NCBI GenBank assembly: GCA_053919585.1
Contig: CM132787.1
DNA: 64,000 bases
Source of the DNA: Euprymna scolopes
Taxonomy: Eukaryota
Direction: 5' to 3' (one strand)
The translations under genes and the position numbers were made by a program. Of the stretch, positions 41,823 through 54,365 are shown piece after piece (position 1 is the first letter of the stretch; each line of letters opens with the position of its first letter). The notes below the pieces were generated by a model. That model did not search any database, was not told the DNA's origin, and worked only from the letters and a program-made list of their open reading frames with translations.

Positions 41823-42600
41823 TGTGATGAAAAATTATGGCAATGGCTTAGAGGTGGGTATCTAGCTAAGAGTACTGAAGTTTTTGTTTGTGCAGCACAA
41901 GAGAAAGCATTAGGAACGCGACTTGCAAAAAAAAAAGTGGTCTAGGAGGGGCTGTTGCTGCAGAATGCCGGATTTGTGGAAAGTTTTCAGAGTCAATTGC
42001 GCACCTTGCAGCATGGTGTAACGAATTGAAAATACTGCAAAAGACACGATCACAGGGGGCTTCGGATATACTTGGAGATTTGTAAGAAGTTTGGGCTGAA
42101 GAAAGTAGTTCAAGTAGTAAGAACAAGAGAAGATGGCAACATAGAGATGTTGTGTGACAAAAGTGTAATTACGACTAAGCAATTGGAACATAATCGTCCG
42201 AATTTAGTCGTCATTGACATGGCCTCAGAATAGTGGCAAGCTTCTCAGTACCCTGCGACAGAAATGTGAGAGAGAAGGAGAACGAGAAGTGAAGCAATTA
42301 GCCCCCGTTCGCCGTGAAGATAAGGCGTATACACGAGGTTAAAACACAAATAATCCCGGTCGTAGTTAATACGCTAGGTGTAGTATCAAGTCGTCCGGAA
42401 GGACATTCGGGAAAACTATGAATCCCTTATGTTTTAGTTGGTGTTCAGACCTCTAATATTGTAGGTACCACCAATATTCTTAGGAAATCCCTTGATCTTT
42501 GAAGCTCCTGATTTGGAACCGGGATTGAGGGAAAGTTCTCTGAGAATGAATTCCATCTCTTTTCAGGGAGACGTTGGTAAACGAAATCAGAATTATTATT
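41821..42600 (+). mobile_element. R4/Dong LINE 3' relic inserted in (TAA)n
   Basis: AAQEKAL..CRICG..ESIAHL zinc knuckle, HNRPNLVVID; flanked by (AAT)n at 41768-41820 and ATT repeats. Confidence 0.8.
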
Positions 42601-44284
42601 ANNNNNNNNNNNNNNNNNNNNNNNNNNNNNNNNNNNNNNNNNNNNNNNNNNNNNNNNNNNNNNNNNNNNNNNNNNNNNNNNNNNNNNNNNNNNNNNNNNN
42701 NNNNNNNNNNNNNNNNNNNNNNNNNNNNNNNNNNNNNNNNNNNNNNNNNNNNNNNNNAATGGCAGTTATAAAAAACATTGATTCTTTCTAAAGTTTACAG
42801 GCGTTGAGAGAATATTAATATCTCGGGTTTAAATTTCTCATAGTAGTTTATTATTATTGTAATGCTGTTTTTGCCGTATATATATTTGATAAAAAACGAC
42901 ATTATTTTTGAACCAACCTAATATCTGTGTACAATATTTCTATCGCTTTTTATTCTAATTTTAAGTTTAGTTGCATTTTACCATAGTTGTAGAAGCTAAT
43001 AGTGTTTGAGATATGACGTTGGGTATTGGTATTTTAAAAGTTTTAACTCAGTAATGCTATTATTTTATCGACGATATAATTAGAGCATTCGTTTTTGATA
43101 AGAATTTGGTTGATATGGTTTATTAAATTTTTAACAAATGGTTATTGAAATTTCAAAGACAAGAATTTGAGCGGATTGGTTTTTATAATTAATAACTAAT
43201 AGTGCTAATTATTAGCATAAGAACATCAAGGAATAGGATTTTATTTTTATGTTTCATTCTACTGGAATACGATAAGAGTATACGGAAAGCATTTTGGGAA
43301 GATGAAATTAAAGCACAATAAACAGATGCAGGCAGTGTTCGCTAAATCTGAATTCCGTTAAACCTCTATTCTGGAATGTCGAAAATCTTAAGTTTAATCA
43401 TTTCTTTTTAGTTTAAACACAATAGTTTGTTTAAATATTTATAAGGAATAAAACATAATTAAGTAGCTTACGTTAACGGAAGCTGACTGTGCGTAAATAT
43501 GTTATTATGCCCAAAATATTATAATGCAAATAAATAAAAATAAAGGAGCAGGATCGTTTGTGTAAGAAAACTTTCGCCGGCTGAATATCAATTTGATAAT
43601 CTGGTATTCCGTCAATTGAGAATGTAAACGAAAAGTCTTTGGAATAGCAAATCAAACACCACCTTAAAGAAAATATAGGTTAGGGAGACGTTCTGTACTT
43701 GGGTGGAAAATGTAGTTATTTAGCTTCCTCACGGTGGGAAGATGTGACACAAGGCTCGAAAAGTTGAACTGACGAGTTAGCGCCCTAGTGGAATAGCAGT
43801 CTGTCCTGCAAAAAATGCATGAACAGCTCCGTCAGTATTTCCGGTAGGAGTGTAACGTTATTTGAATAATCTTCGCTAACGTTTTATGACTCCATCGCAA
43901 AGGCAAATAATTAACTTTTGCACAACTCTTCTTAGTGGAGTGCAAAGGGATTTATTTCATCATTTCACATAACTAAAAAGGTATTCGCTATTAATACAGA
44001 AAACTAATCCGTGATCCCCACTGATACGGCGACCAGTTTTACAAAGTTCGACTTTTCTTTAAAATAGGGAGAGAGAATAGACTCGCGCGTTCGCCGAATG
44101 TCACTGCCAACGGCGGCTTCTTTTCCTTTTCTGACATTCCCCTCTCCTCTTACCTATCCTCTTGCTCAGCTTCTGCTATATTTGATATTCAGCTATACAT
44201 TTTTGTATTTGAGCCTGTGACGTCATACTTACACCAGGCTCTCAAATGCTAACGCGATTATGTTACAGAAGTGCATCTGGCATA

Positions 44285-45125
44285 ACATTAATGCAAGAGT
44301 GATTCAGGGGTCGATCCTTAAACCACTATTATTCCTGATATTCATTAACGACTTCCCTAATAATATTGTGTCCGAGATGGGTATATTTGCTAGGAATACA
44401 ACGCTCTATAATATGCATGAGGGAAGAACTGATGTACATAAATTAAAGACAATGGCAGAATCATTAGAAAATGACCTCCAGATCGTAGTGGAATGGGGCG
44501 GTAAATGGATGGTAACATTTAATGCTAGTAAGATTAAGTTGCTCTCCTTTAACAGTGAGGATATTGCGAAGACTGCTGCAAAGAAGGTGGATTTCCTCTA
44601 TCGAACTAGACGACTACTGGCCAGCATTCGCCCGTGCATGGAGTATTATTGACACATCTGGGCTGGTGCACATACCACTAGCCTTTCACTCTCAGATAGG
44701 GTCCAAAAAAGAATTTTCAATCTAATATATCCTACTTTGTCAAATAAGCACCAACCCCTGTCCCATCGCCGCAATGTTGCATTTCTGTACCTGTTTCACA
44801 AATATTTTAATGGAATGTGCTTTGATGAACTTTCTGCACTTGTGCTCCCGCGACGTACATATTCCCGACACACCCGCTTAGCAACAAAATCTCACCCCTT
44901 CACTATTGAGGTTCCTAAATGCCAGAAAGCTTTCTACTCTAATAGCTTCTTCGCTCGAACAGCTAGACTTTGGAATTACCCTTTTTGTTACCTGCTTCCC
45001 TGATTTTCAGAAATTTAAATGTAACGCAAACTAACATCTTAATCTTTTCTAGATAATGTCCTAAATAGTAGCCCCTTACGTTCAAGTGGCGATATGCTTT
45101 GTTGGATGTGAACGTGAGTAAAAAC
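44285..45125 (+). mobile_element. Decayed CR1/Zenon LINE 3' fragment
   Basis: ORFs 44260 and 44737; 3' UTR present. Confidence 0.88.
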
Positions 45126-45947
45126 AAAACTTTTTAATATTTAGATTACATTTTTTTAGGCATTTTGAAGCGATTGTTAGTTATATCCACTATTTTTGTT
45201 GTAAATACTAACGTAAAGAAATCCACTATATAACGGTTTTAGCTTTAGTTAATCAACATCTGTTTCGATTCTGGTACTGTGACGTAGAATCTAGTAATAT
45301 GACGTCACATCCGTCGTAGATCTCTTAGAACTGCACAAGATTAGAAACATGGCGCTAAGTGAAAAAAATCTCTGGCTGTGAAAAAAAAATGTAAAATAGC
45401 TAACATACAATAACAATTATGAAGAAAATATGAATTATAACGGTGCTAAGAAGAAATAGTTTTCTTGTATGTAAGACTTCCCGGTGACCGTGAGTAATAG
45501 TGAAAGCAGACCTGCTTCTAAGAGTAAACATTTCTTTTGTTTTCTCCTATTGAATTGAAACATATTCACATATGCAACTTTTACATAATAAGCTATAGTC
45601 ATTAAAAATAGAGAAGTCACTTAATTTTATTATTACGATTTTCAATTGTTAATTAACAGCTGTATGTAAGATATTGGCCGAAAGGTTTGCTGGTCGACGA
45701 TTATTATGATCGTTATTAATATTTGTAAAAATAGAGTGTCAAAAAATGTTATCATAGCGAAATAAATATTTACAAATAAAATTATATGTGTTAAACTATT
45801 TTAATAAAAAAAATGTTAGAACACAAGCATTAATTTAAAAGTAGATATGATCTCTAGAGTCTGACGTAGTATAACGGAAAAGTCACTTTAGATGACGTGA
45901 ATCTTAGGGTAGAGCTTGAAAGACACGTAGCATTAAGTCGAGTCGGG

Positions 45948-45996
<49 letters not shown>

Positions 45997-46046
45997 GAGA
46001 GCAGACCGAGTGGATAGCTAGAGGGAGAAAAAGAAGTATTCAGATC

Positions 46047-46103
46047 ATGATGGCTCCGAGTAGAGTGGGTAAAAAAATGGCGAAATTGCAGTTTTCCAAT
46101 GGG
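46047..46103 (+). CDS. Candidate first coding exon of an unidentified host gene (MMAPSRVGKKMAKLQFSNG)
   Basis: Non-repeat island after (GA)n; ATGs in good context (ATCATG, AAAATGG); donor GG|GTAAGC, phase 0. No homology recognised. Confidence 0.3.
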
Positions 46104-46254
46104 GTAAGCATCCAGAATAAAGTTGCTGTAAATATCACCACAACTTTGAGTCGTACGAATTTTCATTGCAGCGTTTCTCGAAGATCCGTCAAATCAAGAC
46201 ACAATTTAATATTTGATTAAATCTTCCCATAATTCCCTACCGAGACTAACACAC

Positions 46255-46516
46255 ATTCCTGATGATGTGAAGACGATTTCACGAAAAGTTCAGAGAGCGG
46301 GCACTTCGAATGCTTGGACCATACATCCATACCTACGACTTATCTACAAAAAAGATAATACGAAAAATAAAAAAAATAAAAAACAGGTATTACTAAACAG
46401 AAGCTCTCTGTTGCTTTAAACAATGTCTGCTTAAATGAAAAAATGCTAACTAAATACACGCAATTCAAACGTATATATATATATATATACGTTTGAATTT
46501 CGTGCATTTAGTTAGC

Positions 46517-46520
<4 letters not shown>
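46255..46520 (+). mobile_element. Penelope-like element 5' end: HHR-like motif followed by the ORF start
   Basis: CTGATGAT-GTGAA(GACGAT)TTCAC-GAAA at 46259-46286; ATG at 46310 gives MLGPYIHTYDLSTKKIIRKI and, after a frameshift, LNNVCLNEKMLTKYTQFK (PLE N-terminal-like). Confidence 0.6.
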
Positions 46521-46579
<59 letters not shown>

Positions 46580-47462
46580 ACGTATACATAATATATACCA
46601 CCGACAATGAGACGTGCATGCTTATATTACTTGAGAATATCCGTTCAAATCTAAGTTTATCTCCTGCATCATCTTCAAATGTTTATCCACTTCATAATTT
46701 CAGGCGGCTCGATTACTGAATTAAAACGAGTTATTCCAAGGAGATTAAACGGAGGTTTCTGCATGAAACTAAACGTGTCACGTAGCATATTGCAGTTCGC
46801 ATAAGTTACCGTCGATAATTCAAAGTAGCCATAAAACTACGTAGCCTTTTACTTTCAGATGTCGATTTGAATCACTACAATTCACACAGGGGGAAGGGAG
46901 AATCAAACAGGGACTGAGAAACCCTAAAATACTGACTTATTGATCCAGGTTGAGAATAGCTAATAGGTGAAATGTACATCTATTTAAGGCGAAAAAAATG
47001 CGAAAGTCAGTTCGGTTCAATACCCCAAGTTGCTTATAGACTTTCCGTATAAAACATTCAAAATTGGCCGATTTCTTTTTATAGTCAAAACGGATGATGG
47101 AAATAGGAAAAGTAGAAATAGGATTTTTTTTATCCTCTTCTTCTTCTCCTCGTTCTCCTACCTTTTTTTTTAATCATTTTTTTAAATCATTTTTTTTCAA
47201 TTGTTCTTTTCTAATATCTACATGTGTACCTTTTTAAATATCTCTATAAACAGCTATTTTGTAAGGATATCGTCGTTTCCATATTTATATGAATTTTTTC
47301 TTCAGTTCTCCTTTTCTTTCTTTTTTCTTTCTTTTTATACATTTAACTTTTTTGATAGTTTATTATTCCCTTTCATATTTGATTTCAACCGTTTCTCCCA
47401 TATTTACTTTATCTATTTTATATTCCATTTCATTCCTTTTTTCTTTTTTCTACTATTCAATA

Positions 47463-48149
47463 CTAGCAGGTAATCCGACATTGCCCGGGATCGAATGATG
47501 ATCAACAAATGTTTCACATTTCCATATTTTTATTATCATCGAAATCGATGAAATCGCCCATTATTTAATCAAATCGATTGATTGACTGTTCTAATTGGGG
47601 ACCAATCGCAGTGCACATTCCTCTCGCAGTGTCAAAGTTCACAATACATTGTAGTCTACATTGCACTGAAGAGAACATGCTGTTTATTTTATAAAATATG
47701 TTTTATATATAATAGTTTGCATTAAAGTTTAAAATGCAAAAGTCAAGTATCATGGCGCAATTGTGCTTTAAACAGTAACATTCACTTCGAACACGCCCCT
47801 GTCATATCAAAGAACCTACTGTTGATTTTTATATGTCGAGAAACAAAGTTAACACCTTATACAACCTAACATCACAAAGCTGGAAAGTTATTTAGCTTCC
47901 TCACGGTGGAAAGCTTTGTGATGTTAGGTTGTATAAGGTGTTAACTTTGTTTCTTCTTCCATCTGATTATTTCATCTTCATTACTTATCGAATACATTCC
48001 GATACAAAATCTATTTAAGAACACGGATAGCCGCATAAAGTACCTTCATGTGAAATTTCATAAAAATAGGCCGATCCGCTTTCAAATCTATAGGGAACGA
48101 ACTTACGCACAAACACCCCTAGACAAAGTTCGTTTTATACAATAGTAGA
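47463..48149 (-). mobile_element. Non-autonomous Helitron
   Basis: 5' TCTACTATTGTATAAAA; 3' CCCGGGCAATGTCGG hairpin followed by CTAG. Confidence 0.65.
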
Positions 48150-48239
48150 AAGAGATTAAAAAATAATTCCATTTGATTTTACGTTTTTTCATTTTCACTT
48201 GTTCTATCCGTAATGTTGTTGAGCAACATTCATTTAAAA

Positions 48240-48445
48240 GAATCAGATGATTATTGTTGGCATTCGTTTTCCCTATGTATTTCTTATTAGAATTCTTTCC
48301 AAAGAGACATCGAATACTAATGGAACGGGGGACCAGGTGAAGGTTGCCAACATCCATAAATGAAAATGGAGTAATGGAACGAACTGGGCTCGAAAGTGGC
48401 ATCTCCAGGTTGTGAGTTCGTATCGTTAATCACTTAATCAATATC
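48240..48445 (-). mobile_element. tRNA-derived SINE (4.5 kb family)
   Basis: Reverse complement contains GGATGTTGGCAACCTTCACCTGGTCC and GAAAACGAATGCCAAC. Confidence 0.7.
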
Positions 48446-48734
48446 ACCATCATCGATCCGTAATGAAATAAACCGATAAATGATTAAACGGTTTCTTTTT
48501 TCATTTTCTCTTTCGATTATTCAATATTGCTTGTTCTTTCTTTCATTATTTCGTTTTCCATCTTTGTTATTTTCTTTTTTATTAACGTATCTTGTTACTG
48601 TTTCATCCGTCAGCTATGATGAAATTTGTTTTGATATTTTTTTAATAGCAGACCGCCTGCGTTGCCCGGTTGTAAGATACGCTTAAATATGACATTTTAA
48701 TTTATGCAGATTACGTATTTATTATTACAGAGAA

Positions 48735-51300
48735 AATTCTGTAGCAATTATTATATGGTACGCACTGCTAGTTATAAGAAGAGGGAAAACTGGAACCAGT
48801 GAAGGTATGAAACTGCTCAACGAGGTGAACATGACACCGACAAATATTTGTGAGTTTTGGAAGCAGACAACACGAAAGCAACAGAAATGAAAGAAAATGG
48901 AAAAGGAATATATCAAAAGAATAAGAAATATTAAGTAAACTACGAGGGGCTTGCAATAAGTAATGCCCCTGACCCACTTCCAATTATCTGATCTAGCTGA
49001 AATTTTGCATGTGCAATGATTTATATCTCTACGGGTTATGTGGCAAATTACAGCTCTGAAATAATTGTGGTTTATGTTTTACAGGTGTTTGAATTAAGTC
49101 AGGCGTGAAATGGAACCTGTTGAATGTCGAGCAGTGATCCGGTTTTTGTATTTGAAAGGACGCACACCACAGGAGACTTTTGATGAAATGAAAGAAACTT
49201 ACGGTGATAATGCCTCATCATATGACTTTGTAAAACGCTGGCATCATGAATACAAACATGGCCGGAAGTATGTGGGAACAGCTCCCAGACCTGGTCGCCC
49301 CCCTTCTGCCATTGATGAGGCATCTGTCCGTCAAGTTGAGGCTGCGATTTTGGAAGATCGGCGCATTACTATTCGCCAAATAACCCCAAGATGTCAAGAT
49401 TAGTACAGGATCCGTGGAAACTATCATTCATGACCATTTGCATATGCATAAGGTGTCTGCCAGATGGATTCTCAGGTTGCTCACGCCATTCCGAGAATGC
49501 GTCGAGTGCTCGAGGATGAATTTGGAGATGTGCCAAGAAGATGAGTCAAAGTTTTTTAAAGACTGATTACACAGGATGAAACCTGGGTCCATCACTATGA
49601 TCCAGAGACCAAAGCCCAGTCAATGCAGTGGAAGCACTTGGACTCACCACCTCCAAAGAAGGCAAGGGTGCAGCCCTCCGCTGGCAAGGTCATGCTCGTA
49701 GTCTTCTGGGACCAGGACGGAGTAGTGATGACAGATTTCCTGACAAAGGGTACCACAATTACAGGAGCCTATTATGCTTCACTTTTGAGAAAATTAAGGG
49801 AAGCTATCAAAATCAAGAGGCGGGGCAAGATCAGGAAAGGTACCCTCCTTCTGCAGGACAACGCTCCGGTCCACAACTCGCATGCCGCCAGATCAGAAGC
49901 ACAGGCGTTCGGTTATGAAATCCTTCCCCATCCTTCCTACTCTCCTGACCTTGCACCCTCTGACTTTCACCTCTTCCTAGCCATGAAGTTGTTTTTGAAA
50001 GGAAAGTGTTTCCCAGATGATGTAGCCTTGATTTCTGAAGTCACGTCATGGTTGGAGGACCAACCTGGGATGTTCTACAAAAAACGGTCTCCACAGCTGC
50101 ATCAAACGATGGGAAAAATACATAACTCTGGGTGGTTTCTATGCAGAGAAAGACTAATAACTGTGCCAAGTTTCGTTACTCTACTTCTATGGGAAGTGGG
50201 TCAGGGACATTGCTTATTGCACGCCCCTCGTATATAGTATAAAATCCTAATAAAAGGCATAAACACATAGACAGTGCAACTATTAAGATATTCTAGATCA
50301 TTTATCGGTTGAACCAAAGAAGAACTGAAGCATCTAGATTAGAAGACTAGGAAACTTATGACTATGCATAATGCACTGCATTCAAAGGATGATGTTGGCT
50401 GATTCTACTTGAAAAGAAAAGACGGAGAAAGAAGACTGGTTTGTATAGAAGACTGTATTGATTGGCACAAAAAATAGAAAAATACATAATGCAGAACACA
50501 GAAAAGATAAGTACTGCAATAAGAGACACCGAAAAATTTAAAAAAAAAACCCAGAGAGGTAATTGATAAGACAAGAACAAAAATGGGAACAGAAACATCT
50601 GCATGGACGATTCATAAAGATGACAAATGATGAGATTAACGCAAAAACGAAACCTAAACATAGAAACTAAATCTCTAATAATAGCCGCAAACGATAACGC
50701 AATTAGAACCAACTACGAAGCAAATATCGACAACACACAAGAACACAGCAAATGCATACTCTGTGGACAAAGAGACGAAACATTAAACGATATAATAAGT
50801 AAATTAGACCAAAAAGGTATAAAAGAATAGACACGATCAATTGGAGAACACAGTACACTCGGGATTATGCAGATAACTGCATCTTAATTATCTAAACAAA
50901 TAGTACAAACACAAACCGGCAGCAATACTTGAAAACGAAAATCACAAAATCCTATGGAATATGAGCGTACAAACAGATAAATCCATCCAAGCAAGAAGAC
51001 CGGATGTCATAATTGTTAATAAGAAGGAAACGTCTTCTTAGATTGTAGAATTTTCCGTTTCAGCAGATCACAGAGTGAATATCTTGGAGAAGAAAATACA
51101 CAGAACTGGTTAGAGATTTGAAAAAAATATGCAAGATGAAATAAGTTAAGATGACACCAATAATAGTAGGAGCAGTAAGAACAATCCCGAAAGACTTAAA
51201 AAAAAGATGGAAAAGGTTTGAATCAGAGGGATGGCTAAGAATATACAACGGATAACAATTACGAAAACGGCTGAAATATTAAGGAAAATCCTTAAATGCA
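48735..51300 (+). mobile_element. R4/Dong LINE relic interrupted by a mariner
   Basis: KEYIKRIR before and KGINT..KTRKLMTMHNALH..LIIAANDNAIRTN..CILCG..RRPDVII after the mariner. Confidence 0.85.
48943..50230 (+). mobile_element. Full-length mariner (DD34D), frameshifted transposase from 49110 to ~50150
   Basis: ~39-bp TIRs CGAGGGGCTTGCAATAAG.../...CTTATTGCACGCCCCTCG, TA duplication, QDETWV, QDNAPVH, YSPDLAPSDFHLF. Confidence 0.96.
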
Positions 51301-52380
51301 GAAACTAATACACATGAATTACAAATACTAACCGGGCATATAAAAACTACAACAGAATTAAAAGAAAAAGATAGAGGCGTACCACATGGAATAAAGAAAA
51401 CTGAAATTATATAATTGTATATTAAACCCCTCTCCCCGAAAAAGTGTTGCCCTTAACTGGCACTACAAAAATAGTCATTGAATGTCAAGGAAAGGCCGAG
51501 GAGTCAAAATCTTAAATGAATAAACTACTTCTTAAGTAATAGGGTTAGGGTTAGGGTTAGTAATAGCTTAAGTAATAGGGTAGGTTGAAAATTGTCATAT
51601 GTATAGTCTATAAATTATGGAGCTACAATATAAAAATCTCAAAAATTTACAATAAGAATAAGATTAGTTAGAGTAATAGAAAATTGTCATATGTATAGTC
51701 TATAAATTATGGAGCTACAATATAAAAATCTCAAAAATTTACAATAAGAATAAGATTAGTTAACCCTAACCCTAACCTGAGGCAACCATATTAAAACATG
51801 ATTAGTACTACTATAATTATTAATATAAATAAGAGTTTTCAGATAATTTTAGGTAGAAGTATTTTAAAGGAATATTTATTTTATTTTTGTTATTTGTCTT
51901 ATTAAAGTCTATTTAATTGAGATATCTTGGAAGAATTGTATCGGATCCCAATTCTGCAGACGAAAGGAAATTATGGAACAGTACATAAGATGAGTTGTGG
52001 CTGAGCAAATCAAGTTTTTATTTCAATGTAAGCTGTGAAAGGTGCTTCAGAGACATGTTAATTTAATATGAAACTTACGAGTTAGAATAGTAGAAAAGTA
52101 TTACATGTAGATGAATATAAGTATTTAAATAATATTAATGGTGTTTTCTAAAGGTAGAACTCAAGGGACAAGATTTGACGTGTAACATGTAAACATGTAA
52201 TTGGTGGGAAATGAAAGAAGAACTATTTTAAATAAGAAACAGTCGATTAAACTAATTGAAAGATTTCTAATATATTATATATAAGAGAATATGTTAAGAC
52301 TGAGTATATTTAGTAAATGATAATATATTGTGGGTATTATTTTTTATTGCCTGGTGTTAAAATTATGTTATTTAATATTG

Positions 52381-52620
52381 GCTGTGTTTAAATTTTCTCT
52401 TGTGTCTGCATTGTGAGACTAATTCGTTTTTAATATTTATTGTAGGTTTAGAGAAAGTGATTATTTTATCTGCTTCGGAGATGCAAAGATAGCAAAATTT
52501 AGACCCTAGTGTGTATGCTTTTGCTATTATTAATATACCCCATCTGATTGAATAAGGAATCTTCTTAAGTGTTGCTTTTAATTAAGGTACTTATTATGTG
52601 TATTTTCGTTTTTGAAGGAA
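52381..52620 (-). mobile_element. Penelope-like (Naiad-type) endonuclease C-terminus relic
   Basis: 52542 to 52381 translates to WGILIIAKAYTLGSKFCYLCISEADKIITFSKPTINIKNELVSQCRHKRKFKHS (CxxC...N..E....CRH). Confidence 0.7.
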
Positions 52621-53623
52621 TGTAAGAGATTTGAGATTCTCAGTTTTATTAAAGTAGAAGTCGCGCCTAAATATGTGTGAGTTATTATATCGGATTTCAA
52701 TTTTGTTCCATTATTTAAGTGTCTGTTTAGGTTATTATCGGGATTGGCATTTAAAATAGGGTGCTTTTGAATTGAATAACTTTCAGGAGAGAGCCAAATG
52801 TATGTTGATCAGTTTACTGTGGTAAAACCATTATAGGAATTAATTTGTGGGTTGTCGTTATTTAATGTGGCCATATGGTTTACTGTATTTGGAATATTTT
52901 GGTCGGAGTCATCGGTTAATATGCTATCTTAATGGGCTTCATGCATGGGCAATTGTGTCACCTTGCAAGACTATACAGCGTCTTTATGTCTTTATTACAT
53001 ATATATTTTATGTTGTCACACACACACACACACACACACATACACACACACATATATATATACATATATTACATACATTATTATTCAGAGGGGGATGTGA
53101 GTTTTTTTTTATTTTCATGTTATTGGAAGATATGACTGTTTGCGTTAAATTCGGCATAGTTGAGTATGATACTTTTTTGATAGTTGAGTATGATATTTTT
53201 TAAAAGTCTCTCTTTTTTATTTTTTAATTTTTGTCTTTATTTTAAATCTAAAAATATCGGATTTCAAATTCTAAATATCTTGATTTTATCAAGACTAATT
53301 AACTATTTGGACTATTAATTTTGAACAAGTGGATTTTACTTTATAAAGAAGAACATCTTTCTACGGATATTTTCTACGCATACTACACCACCAAAAAATG
53401 AGGCATGAAAAATGGGTAAATCTGAATTCCCAAGAATTATTGCCTCTTACTCTAGATTGGATTGGAATCTATTCAAGAATTACTATTCCAAATCTTATTT
53501 TTGTTTCAACCCTTATTTTCATTCTCTATGTTCCTTAAAAAGATTTAATCTTTAATATATTTTCTATGTATGTGCAGAATAGCAAAATTATATCAAACCA
53601 GATTTAATATTTTGTTAATGACT

Positions 53624-53672
53624 TTTCCTCTGAGGAGATGAGCCCACATCGAAAATCCATGGATTAAAGAAA
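53624..53672 (+). ncRNA. Type I hammerhead ribozyme, near-canonical
   Basis: TTTCCT-CTGAGGA-GATG(AGCCCA)CATC-GAA-AATCCATGGATT-A/AAGAAA; one mismatch in stem I. Confidence 0.7.
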
Positions 53673-54047
53673 TTATTTTGAATATTGTATTCTTTGTTCA
53701 AATAATAATTTTTTGTTTTGAAAAATCATGTTTTTCTGAATGAAATTTATGTATAAAAACTATAAATTTTTTATTTGCTCTATCTAGTATATTGAGAAAT
53801 TTTTATTTGGCTGGGATTGTCTTATATAAAAATATTACTCCTCAAAAATATTTTTAAGACTTTATATCACAAAATTCAATAATTTATGATATAATTCATC
53901 TCATTATTCTGTTATTTATTTGTTTTTTTTTTTGCAATATGTTTTTGAATGAGTTCACTTATTTATAGGAAAGTGCATTTTTATCTAAATGTGAGTTCGG
54001 AAGAATTTTCCATTTTACCAAATTTGTACCGCCAGATGGGGAGCGGC

Positions 54048-54365
54048 ATATATATTGTTTTTAAAATATAATTATCCACTGACACGTGTTTCGTCGTCTA
54101 GGACTTATCAGAGTGGCTAAATCTAGTGAGATTCGAAATCGGGACCCCGTGGTAAGAAGCCCAAACTTCTACCACTGGACCATCTCGCACGACTGTTTGG
54201 ATAGATCGCGATTTACGTAGATGTTATTTATTTATTTTGTTTTTTTGCGATACGTTTTCGAATGAATTCAATTATTTATACGAAAGTATATTTTTACTTT
54301 GATTCACCACTCTGATGAGTCGTAGACGACGAAACACGTGTCAGTGGATAATTATATTTTAAAAT

